Shown here in pieces: positions 52,677-64,000 of a DNA stretch of 64,000 nt. The notes below the pieces were generated by a model. It was not told the origin of the DNA. It saw only the letters and a program-made list of their open reading frames with translations, and searched no databases. The stretch is from the human T2T-CHM13v2.0 reference genome, Homo sapiens. The stretch lies in assembly GCF_009914755.1 (NCBI RefSeq), contig NC_060944.1; one strand, given 5' to 3'. Position 1 is the first letter of the stretch, and every line of letters begins with the position of its first letter. Position numbers and translations under genes: made by a program.

Positions 52677-54675
52677 CTGCTATGCATGTTTAAATACAAA
52701 TCTATGGACAACTGTATTCATTTTTCTTGGGTAAACACCTACAATTGAATTTGGTAAATTTTCTTGGATAAAGGTACATTTAACTTTAGAATCAAATACT
52801 AAACAGTTTTCAAAGTGAATCGAACATTTTTTAAATTGCCAGCAGCAATGTATGTGAGTTCCAGTTGCTTCACATCCTTTTCAGTGCTTGGTATTGTCAG
52901 TTATTAACTTTAGTCATTCCAGTGGGTGTAGTGGTAACTCATTTTGTTTTTAATTTTCATTCCCCTAATGAGTTGAACATCTTTTCATATACTTATTTGT
53001 CATTCACAGATCTTCTTTGATAAGGTGTTTATTCGAAGCTTTTGCCCTTGAAAGTGTCTTTTAAAAAACAAAGATCTTTAAATTTGATAGTCTAGTTTAT
53101 CATTTTTTTTGTAGTTCATACTTTTGCATCCTATTTAAGAAATATTTTCCTAACCCAAGATCACTTAGATTTTCTCCTGTTTTCTTCTAGAAGTTTTATA
53201 GTTTTAGCTCTGATTTATATGGTAAATTACATTGATTGATATTTGAATATTAAACCATAATTGCATTTCTAGGTTAAACCCCACTTGGCCATAATATATT
53301 GTTCTCTTTGTGTATTGCTGGACTTGATTGGCTAAATTTTTGTTAAATATTTATTGATATATGTTTATGAGGGATGTTGGCCTGTGGGCTTATTTTCCTG
53401 TAAGATCTCTTTTTCTGATTTCATTTTCAGGACAATACTGGCTTCATAAAATGGTTGGTGACAGGTTTTCTTCCTCTTATCTTTTCTGAAAGAGTTTGTG
53501 TAAAGTCACTATTTTTTTTTCATAAATGTTTTGTAAAATTGTTTGTAGAAAACTATTTAAATGTTTCATAGTAGCCATTCAGATCTGGAGTTTTCCATGT
53601 GAAAAGGTGTTTTCCATGTGAAAAGGTGTTTAACTGTGAAGCCAGTTTCTCTAATAGATATATAGCTATTCAGATTATTTATTTTTGTGTGAGTTTTGGG
53701 AGTATGTATATTTAAAGAAAGTTGTCTCTTTCGTCTAAGTTATAGAATTTATTGGCATGTAACCGTTCATAACATTCTTCTGTTGCCATTTTAATGTCCA
53801 TAGGATGCTCTCTTTTTAAGTTCCTGGTCAGTCTGGCTAAAAGTCTATTAACCTTCTTAGTGTATGCAAAGAACCAGCATTTGGCTTCATTGATTTTTCT
53901 CTATTTCTCTATTGATTCATTGGGTTTTGCTCTCATATTTGCTATTTTCTTTCTCCTGCTTACTTTAAGTTCAATTTACTTTTTTGTATTTTCTTGTAAT
54001 GGAAACTGACATCATTGATTCAAAGATTTTTTTTTCCCAATATAAGTGTTTAATGCAATAAATATCTCTCTAAGCACAGCTTTAGCTGCATCCCAAAAAT
54101 TGGATGTTTCTATTTGCAGTCAGTTTAAAATTTTTACTTTTTAAGTTTCTTCTTTAATTTATGGATTATTCTTAATGTGTTGTTTAATTTCCAAATATTT
54201 TGGGAATTTCCAGATATCTTTTTGTTATTGATTAGAAGTTTAATTCTTTTGTGGTCAGAGAACTATTTTGTATAATTTCAATTCTATTACATTTATTAAA
54301 ATGTGTTTTATGACCCAGAATATGGCTTATCTTGATGAATATTCTGTTTAAGCTTACAAGGAATCTGGTATTCTTCTGGTTTTATGTGGTGTGCTTAATA
54401 AATATCAGTTAGACCAAGCTGGTTGATTATGTTGTTAAGATCTTATATATCTTACTGATTTACTGTCTATTTGTTCTATGAATTATCGAGAGAATAATAT
54501 TGAAATCTCCAACTATAACGGTGGATATGTCTATTTTCCTTTCAGTTCTAGTCATGTTTGCTTCAAATATTTTGAAGATCTGTTATTAAGTGCATACATA
54601 TGTTGGATTGTTATGAGCTCTTAAAGAATAGATTCCTTTATTGCTATTAAATGGCTCTTTTCTTTCCTAATATTC

Positions 54676-55042
54676 TTCTATGGTCTGAAGACATATGTCC
54701 CCCCAAAATTTTTATATTGAAAGCCTAACCCCCAAGGTGATAGTATAAAGAGAGGAGCCTTTTGGGACCTGATCAGGTAATGAGGCCAGAGCCCTCACAA
54801 ATGGAATTATTGCCTTATAAAAGAGGCCCAAGGTAGCTTGTTCACTCCTTTCACTAAAGTGAGGAAACAGTGAGAATGTGCTATCTATGAACCAGAAAAT
54901 AATGACCCCTTACTAGACACTGACTCTGCCAGTGCCTTGATCTTAGACTTTCTAGCCTCCAAAACTGTGACTAATAAATTCTGTTCTTTATAAGCTCCCA
55001 GTTTATGGTATTTTGTTACAGCAGCAGAAGTTGACTAAAACA
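54676..55042 (+). mobile_element. MLT1A/A0 solo LTR
   Basis: ctatggtctgaa...ccccccaaaatt...cttgatcttagactttctagcctccaaaactgtga...gactaaaaca; intact 5-bp TSD tattc (54671-54675, 55043-55047). Confidence 0.92.
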
Positions 55043-55225
55043 TATTCCTAGCTCCGAAATCTACTTTGTGAATGTTGTTGTAACTACTCACTTTTTTTCT
55101 AATTGCTGTTTGTATGAAATACCTTCTATCCTTTTACTTTTAATTTATTTGTTTCTTTATACTTAAAATGGGTTTCTTGTAGAGAGAATATTCCTGGGGT
55201 CATCTTGCTTTTTTAGTCAGTCTGA

Positions 55226-55693
<468 letters not shown>

Positions 55694-56580
55694 TGAGTAC
55701 TTTTTATCATTCCATTTTATCTTTATTTTTTGTTTCTAGGCTTAGCCTCTCTGTTTTGTTGGCTTTTTTTCTTTTAATGGCTGCTCTAAGGTTTAAAATA
55801 TACATCTTAAATTATCATGGTCTACTTTCAAATAATATTACACCACTTCATGTATATTTTTAGAACCTTACAACAGTAGGCTTCCATTTTCCTATTTGTG
55901 TTTTTTGTCTTGATTTTATTGCTATATTATAAACCTCACAACAAATCGTTGTTGTTTTTGAGAAGTCAATTATCTTTTAGATAAAATTTTTAAATTAGAA
56001 AGAAAGCCATATTTGCGATTGTCGGTATTCTTTATTTCTCTGTGTAGATCTAAATTTACATTTGCTATTATTTTACTTCTTCCTAAAGAACTTGCTTTCT
56101 TTTAGTGATGACCTGATGGTGATAAAATCTTTTAGCTTTGGTTTGCCTGGAAAATGTCATTATTTCATTTTTATTTTCACTAGATACTTTTGCTGAGTAT
56201 AAAATTTTAGGTTGAGAGTTTTCTTGTTTATCCTTTCAGCACTTTAAAGATATTGTTCTACTATCTTTTAGCTTGCATGATTTCTGACAAGAAGTATGAT
56301 GTAATTCTTATGTTCATTCTTTTTTTTCCTCTGGAAAGAAATGGGTATAGCAATCTTTATAGCTCATACAGGGCTTGGAATAGTTCATGTTTTCCTCATC
56401 CATGTATATTAGGAATTCTTTCCACTGTGGCTGATGGAAGCACAAACTGTTTCCAGCCCTGTATGAGTTATAAAGCTTATTCCTTTCCAGTGGTTATTCC
56501 CCAGCCACAGGTAGCTTCCTTATACATACTTGCAGATCATTAATCAATTAAAGATTCAAAAAATCCTTCTGTAATCAATA

Positions 56581-56597
56581 TCTCTCTCTCTCTCTGT

Positions 56598-56627
<30 letters not shown>
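56581..56627. repeat. Compound (TC)n(CA)n microsatellite
   Basis: tctctctctctctctgtcacacacac... Confidence 0.95.
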
Positions 56628-56628
<1 letters not shown>

Positions 56629-58051
56629 CTACATGTGTACTCTCTCTCACTCTTTCTAGTAGTTTCTCCCTGAAAATTCTAGCAAAATTGGCCTCCCTGA
56701 AATCTAAACTCTGTCTTCTCAACTCAGTGAAATCTCTGGTCTCTGACTGGGTTTTGCTTCCCTGCACTAGTTTGAAGAACTCTCCAGGAAATGATCTGAA
56801 ACAATCATAGGCCTCACCTCATTTGCTTCCTTTCTGTAAGGAATACTGTCCTGCACTATCTGACATCCAAAATCTGAAAACTTTAATTTATTTGGGTGTT
56901 TAATTATTTAAAGCAAGAAGGGAAATCCAGTCCCATCATGACCAAATCAAAAATCTCCCCAGGAGGATATTTTAAAACAACAGAACACAAGAAAAGATGG
57001 ACAAAGTAAGATGGAATGCAAATAGAACAACATAAATGATTAATAAACATTGTTGAGTTAAAGTTAACCAGTAATTGACTAAAGACAATTTAAATATTTT
57101 ATTGGGAGAGATAGCCGCTGCCTAGGACAGGAGGAAAAGGAAGTATAGTCATGCTAGCAATACCTCTAAGTTTCTGAACATGTCGCAGCAAAGGAAGGTC
57201 TGTGGAAGCCAGTCAGCCAAGATTCTAGTGAAAAGATGAGTCAATAAGCTACAACGATCAAAAAGAAAAAGAGATGTAGATGCTCATTTATAGGAAAGAG
57301 GAAAGTGAGAAAGAAGAGAATTGTGACTTAGGATAAAGTTTTCCAGGGAAAATAGAAATGGCCACAACTTCTGAATAAGATCAAGAATCATGAGATCTGA
57401 CCAGAAGGTACAGTTCCCTGTGGAAGGAAGCTGGTTGAAGAAGTGGAAGAAAGCATTGAAAATTTAAGTGTGTTCAGTCATTAAACCATGGATACCAAAT
57501 ATGTAATATTCCTACTGCCATTTCTCTCTCTCTTATTCATGACAGACATTACTAAACAACTATGGCTCTTGCATCACCAAGCCCAGAGGCTGCCTTTGAA
57601 CATTTCTACATATCATCGTAGGCAGCTTCTACCAATTGATCACGGTTGGCTTCTAAGTGAAAATCCATTTTTCTCACCAGTTTTAGGCACTTTTATGCCA
57701 TTTTTGTGATAGTCTTGTTCACCTAGTAATAGGGGAAAAATGAAAATATGAATTTCTAAGTAATCAAGCATAAATATGTACATTATTTGGCTCTTAATAC
57801 ATATGCATAACATTTATATATGTTTCCATAAATATACAATATTTTTATAATTAAAAACCTATTAGGATCAAATGAGATAAGAGGTGGGAGAATACCCTGA
57901 AAAGAGCAAGGTTGTGTATTTTAGAAGACAACACCATGGGACCTCTGTCATTTGTCATCTGCTAAGATTCAGGAAATCTGTGATTGATCTTTCTGGATTT
58001 CTGATAAAATTTTGTATCTTCTGCATGTCTAATCGCCTCCACAGCTATATA

Positions 58052-58162
58052 CAGGATGATCAACTATCCTGGGCTGCCTGTGATAAAGAGCTGTAGGATG
58101 TAGGACTTTTAGTACAAAAACTGGGAAAGTTCTAGGCAAACTAGGACAAGTTGGTCACCCTA
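58052..58162. mobile_element. MER81-like (hAT-Blackjack MITE)
   Basis: caggatgatcaactatcctgg ... ggcaaactaggacaagttggtcacccta terminal inverted structure. Confidence 0.75.
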
Positions 58163-58599
58163 GATGTAGGTAGGGAACAAATCAAGCAGTTCTCACCTCC
58201 CTGGGATACAAGTCATGGAAAACTTAGGATCACAGAGGGCATTGGTTTTTATCACTGTCCAAACCTAGGCCCCCAGATCCCCTTCTTTCCTACAGGATCC
58301 CAGAAGAGATTTCACACCACACCCCCACTCTGCTGCTGCTCCTGCCCTCCCTCCCTGCCCTCCTTCCCTCAGGTATGTTTTGAGCCATAGAAGCTCTCCT
58401 GCTCCTCCCAAGTCTAGAGTATTTTCACCCGTCAACCAATGAATACAGCTCTTTTCAGCCTCCAAAAATCAGCCAAGTTCTCCTTGTTTTTTTACCAGCC
58501 TTTCCTCTCATGATTGTACTCACCTCCTCCTCCACAACACTTTTTAACAAAGCAAAAGAGAAAAACAAATGAATAAAAATTTTAAAAGAGAGTGCCTAT

Positions 58600-59770
58600 T
58601 TTGTAACAGTTCCTGAGCTGGCTGCTTAGATACGGGGCACAAAGATAAATAAAATATGGCCCAACCCTTAAGGAGTTCAGGGCTAAGAGCATGAGGGAGG
58701 TAGGAAGATGGATGGTACACAAGTAATTATAATAAAATATTATAATAGCTAATATTTATTGAGAGCATACTTTTGTAGCAGACACTGTGCTATGTGCTTT
58801 AAATGCATTATTTCTTTTAATCCTCACAGTAGCCCTAGGAGATAGGTGTACGAGTATTATTATTCCTCATTTTCTACCTGAGAAAGCTAAGGCTTAGGCC
58901 AGTTAAATCATCTGCTCACAGTGCTAGCAAGCACTGGAGCTGGATTCGAACCTCAGCTAACCACAAAACTCATTCTGTTAACTACTGTGTTCTGCTAGGA
59001 TGCAATCCAAACAAAATGTTGTGAAGACTCAACGGAGGGAGAATGCTCTCTCTACCTGGTAGAAGAGCAGGCAGGAAGGCGCCACAGAAGTGACTTTTGA
59101 GTTATATCTTTAAGGATAGGAAGTTCACCAGGTGGACAAGAGGGGGAGACAAAGGGCATTGGCTCACGAGAGAGCTCCTAATATTCAGAGGAAAAGTGAT
59201 TTTCTAGCACAATGATTTTAGCCATGGATGCATATGGGGAGAGCTGTGTCAAAGGGCCAGGGGTGAGGGACAGAAGTCAGATCTTGAGTGCTTTCTTGCT
59301 AGGGTGCTTTCTTCTAACCCCAGAAGTGATGGGGAGCCATGGAAGGTTTTTAGGCAGGAGAGCCATATGATTGTCTTTAGAAAAGTCACTGTGGCAGTGA
59401 TGGATTTAGGGTGGGAGATCTGAAAGCTGAAACAATTAGCTAAGGAAGGGCCAGTGGGATTAATGAGAGTTAACAGATTCAAGAGAGATTTAGTAAGGCT
59501 GGGCCTTGTGCCTGATTGGCCTTGGGGAATGAAAGTAGGAAAGGTGGAAAGGCAGGATATGGAGAATAAGAGAATTCCTAGCCTAAGAGAATAAGTGAAT
59601 GGTAGTGTCATTTGATGTGAGATGAACAGAGGAGAAGCAAGCTTAGAGAGAAAAGTGACACTGGTTTGAGGTGTCTGTGAGATATCCAAATGGAGATATC
59701 TAACAGGCAGTTGGATATAGAGTAAGAGCTCAGGAGATAGGGTGGAACTGAAATCACCTACCTAGGATAA
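58600..59770 (-). mobile_element. L2 LINE with a nested MIR (~58740-58990)
   Basis: gatggggagccatggaaggtttttaggcagg...gagatatccaaatggagatatctaacaggcagttggatat; MIR tagctaatatttattgag...aatcctcaca. Confidence 0.8.
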
Positions 59771-60099
59771 GATTCTTGGGAACATTTGAGTGGTGCACTC
59801 TCATGTCCCACTTTAAAGTGCCCCATCATGAAATAACAACCAAGACCCCAAGAACCTTCTCCCATCACTACATTTTTCTTATCCTTCCAGATGCCCAGTG
59901 GAGGGTGGAGTACATTCACTTAAGCCCCAAAGTCTTACTTAAAACTTTGAAGAAATTCCTCCAGAATTCTAGAGGCCATAACTATGGTACCTTCATTTCC
60001 TTGCATCTTCACATGTTTCTAATAATTTTTTAGTTAGAAAAAAAGTAAGTCAAGGGAATGAACATGGATTCAGCAATTATCTAAGCAAGGGACCACCCT

Positions 60100-60290
60100 G
60101 TGCATGGGCACTTTCCATGAGTTAACTCAATCAAGCAGTCCTTACAACAGTCATGCAGTCTTATTTTCCCCATTTTGTAGATGAGAAGTTTAAGGCTCAA
60201 AGAGGTCTCTTAGCTTCCTTAAGGCCACAAAGCAAATAGGTTGCTCAGGTATGTTTTGAAGCCAGATCGACTTCATCCCAAGGCCTTAGC
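60100..60290 (-). mobile_element. MIR SINE
   Basis: ccccattttgtagatgagaagtttaaggctcaaagagg...aaggccaca. Confidence 0.7.
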
Positions 60291-60524
60291 CATGACATCA
60301 TGACTCCCAAATGTCTGCCACAAAGTACTGCTGGTCTATAATCAAATGAGCCAAATGTCTTATACTCTTGCATGACTATTAACCACCTTTTCTTGAGATG
60401 GACTTTTCTTTGAAATCATGCTCTTCCTATGGGCAGGAAGCATTAAAACGATTCTGCTGCAATACGGTTGTTTGATTTCTTTGTGCTTCATGTCCTTACT
60501 TGGCAAAATAAAAAGCCGGCAGCT

Positions 60525-60884
<360 letters not shown>

Positions 60885-61127
60885 TTAATATTCCCTGGTC
60901 CATGAAGTCCAAAATGTTGGAAACTACTGTAGGACCTCTTGCTGAAACCTTGACGTTTGAAAAAGAGCAGGGATAATCCAGCCCATCATTGTGACTGCAT
61001 ATGGGGGTAGCAGAGACACATGGGATTCTTGCTGTCTTAGTAAGGGCCGCTTCACGCCTGCCATTCCAGGGCTCAAACCAAGAATGAATTGGCAAAAGCC
61101 TTTACATGCACTAGCAGCTTGCTGTGA

Positions 61128-61459
<332 letters not shown>

Positions 61460-62494
61460 CCAAAGATCGTTTTTTAAATTCCATTCCTTGTTGTTAAGAC
61501 AAGATGGTGGGAATTAAGAGATTAATATTAACAAGGAATCTGATGATATGCGTTTTATATCCTCTCTGTCCCAGACAAGTGCTCTACCCAGAGCCCATGG
61601 GAGGAGAGGTTTTCTCTAAAATCTTTGAGGTCAAGAAACAGGACTATTTTGGGATTCCAGGATTGAAGGCTCCTTTGCTGTTCCCCAGCCATCAGGTAGG
61701 AGCCCTACGGTGCTCTGATTTTTTTCTCCTCTGTCTGGCTGTGGCTTTCTGTGCTCGAGCTCTTCTCCCTTTCCTTCCTAGAGAAGAGTCTGCATCTGTG
61801 GGGCAACATGCAACAACTACTGAGACCTTAAGTTAAGTGCTAGGCACTGTACTCGGCAATTTCAAGCAAGCCATTTCAACTCATCTTATTTATTTTTTAT
61901 TGCTTTTATTATTTTAAAAATAATGCATGCTTATTTTATTTTAAAAAAAATTTTAACCCTACATACATGACCTTGGACAAGTTACATAACCTTCAGTTTC
62001 CTTGACCACAAAATAGGGACAAGAACCAAACAATATTGTGGGTGAAAATGCCCCATTTTACCTTCAGAGACAATCACTATTAATACTTTGGTGGATATAC
62101 CCAAGGCACTTTACTATATATTTATCAACATTTATTACTAATAATTTTTATAAGAATGGAATCACTTACACAATTGCTTGTGACTTGTTTTCTCAGGAAA
62201 ATATTTGCATGTTAAGGTACATATACCTGAGAATCAGGTTTTATCAACAAACTGGTGGATGGGAAAACTGAGGATCATGGAGGTTGTACAGTCCAAAGAG
62301 TCAGGTAATGGAGGCAAAACTCAAATTTCACACCCTTGCTCCAAAACCCTTGTTTTTTCTACTAAATCTCAGGTTCTTAGAAAATAAATCACAGTGGGAA
62401 GAGGGTCCAACCCCAAACAAGGTGAGACTCTGGGGGCAAAAATCATACAGTCTGGGGGTGGTGCCATGTAGTGGCAGCAGGATCTAGAATGATG

Positions 62495-62690
62495 TCAGAA
62501 CTGGAGTCAGAAAGCCTCAGTTTTAAGATTGACTTATACTAGTTTATGACATTAGGCAGTTGAATAACCTATCTCAGCCTCAGTTTGCTCTGCTATAAAA
62601 TGGAAATAAGAATAGTGTCTGCTTCATAGCATTGCTCTAAGGGTTGAATAAAGAGAACACATGTAAATGGCCTGGTACATTTCTGAAGGT
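62495..62690 (+). mobile_element. MIR SINE
   Basis: ctggagtcagaaag...tcagcctcagtttgctctgctataaaatgg. Confidence 0.75.
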
Positions 62691-62889
62691 CCCATCATGT
62701 ATCTGGCACTGTGCTAGGCTTTGGGGATTCAAAGACAAGTGAGACACAGTTCCTGACCTCAAAGGATCGACAGAGAAGACATCTGTGTGCCCCCAAAGTG
62801 TCACAGGGGCTGATGTAGACACCTGGCTGGAGGGTCTTTTGGGGGCAAAAAAGAGGACAGGTAAGCACAAGGAGAAGGAGGATTTGGAT

Positions 62890-63235
62890 GGTTAAACAAC
62901 AGAAATTTATCTTGTCACCATTCTGGAGCCTGGAAGTCCAAAATCAAGGTGTGTGCAGGTTTGGTTCCTTCTGATGCCTCTCCTTGGCTTGTAGAAGGTC
63001 ATCTTCTCTGTACCTTTTCACATCATCTTCCCTCTGTACATATCCAAATTTCCTCTTCCTGTAAGAACACCAGTCATATCGGATTGCAGCCCATCCTCAT
63101 GATCTCATTTTAACTTCATTACCTCTGTAAAACCATAATCTCCAAGCAAGGTCCTATTTGTAGGCACTGGGTTGGGGGTTAGGACTCTAGCATATGAATT
63201 TGGGGGAGGTGGAGGACACATTTCAGCCCATAACG
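62890..63235 (-). mobile_element. MLT1A/B/C-like MaLR LTR
   Basis: ttaaacaacagaaatttat...ttctggagcctggaagtccaaaatcaaggtg...acaccagtcatatcggatt...gacacatttcagcccataac. Confidence 0.88.
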
Positions 63236-63509
63236 AAGGCACACTCTACACAGACCTTCTGCTGCTAGTTTTCAGGAGTGGTTTGTCTTTCTGGTCAGTG
63301 TTGTGGTCTTCTCTCTACTTTGCATCTCACTGTCTGTTTTCACTCTCCCTACCTTCCTTACCCAATTGAGGCAACAAAGGAATCCTCCAGAGCTTTTAGA
63401 CTACAGTATAAAGTATCAAAGTCCAGGCTCAGTATACAGTGGCCTCATGGCCAAATCTCATGCCTCCAACCCAAGCTGAAGGAAAGGAAGGAGAGAGTAG
63501 ATCACTCTG

Positions 63510-63690
63510 TATTAGCACTTTACTGTGAGCCTGTGGCTTTCCCGTGCCTTGTCTTGTGTGATCGTTACTACAACCCTGTTTATAAAGACAGAATCAGAGA
63601 AGCCAAGCAATTTACACTGTGTCACAAGGCTGGAAAGTTGATGGAGCAGGATTCAAATCCAATCTATCCACCTTCAAAGCGTATGTTATT
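63510..63690 (-). mobile_element. MIR SINE
   Basis: gtcacaaggctggaaagttgatggagcaggattcaaatcca. Confidence 0.6.
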
Positions 63691-64000
63691 TATTTACTCC
63701 ACTTTCCTTGAAGAGTTCCTATCCCTAATCTCCAAGAAATGTAGGCAAATGAGAGAGATTCCAAAAGTCTGGAGCATGAAAATCACTGCCTTCAGTGTAA
63801 GTATAGATTCCAAAAATTGTAGACTTGAAAGTTTGGCAAATGGAGTTTTCAGAAAATTCACTGAGATGTTCTCTGTTTTCCGGCAGCTTCTCTATCTCAA
63901 CCCAACCCAGTTCCCAATCTCCCCTGAGATAAGGAATCTCAAAGATTGGAGTCATTCTTTGAATGGAAGAGAGGAAAATGCTGCAGGAGCAAACACAAAT

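Overview
This is 64 kb of primate (most likely human or great-ape) non-coding genomic DNA; Alu subfamilies J/S and a THE1/MST LTR fix the lineage. I find no protein-coding gene, processed pseudogene, tRNA/rRNA gene or CpG-island promoter. The ORF track is explained by chance and repeat-derived frames. The window is a mosaic of ancient repeats: about 20 MIR SINEs, many L2 fragments, MaLR/ERVL LTRs, hAT DNA-transposon fossils (MER3/5/33/63/81/94) and a fragmented ~4.7 kb old L1M, plus about 10 Alu copies or fragments. Between them lie repeat-free islands rich in homeodomain/TALE/POU/FOX motifs, some retaining CpGs, that look like conserved enhancers (about 0.4-0.87, 5.9-7.0, 25.5-25.9, 36.3-36.6, 43.05-43.86 and 48.7-49.05 kb). 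This suggests a regulatory gene desert or large intron near a developmental gene (inference; I could not identify the locus). The most unusual directly visible structures are: (i) a 78-bp locally templated insertion at 27.14-27.24 kb, an exact 50-bp copy of sequence 1,186 bp upstream bracketed by a perfect 20-bp duplication; (ii) a 35-bp near-perfect inverted repeat enclosing an orphan L1-like fragment at 40.47-40.66 kb; and (iii) a closely spaced tail-to-tail inverted Alu pair at 60.5-61.5 kb. I see no evidence for a novel multi-gene system. Repeat family calls come from recalled consensus sequences and boundaries are approximate (typically within tens of bp).
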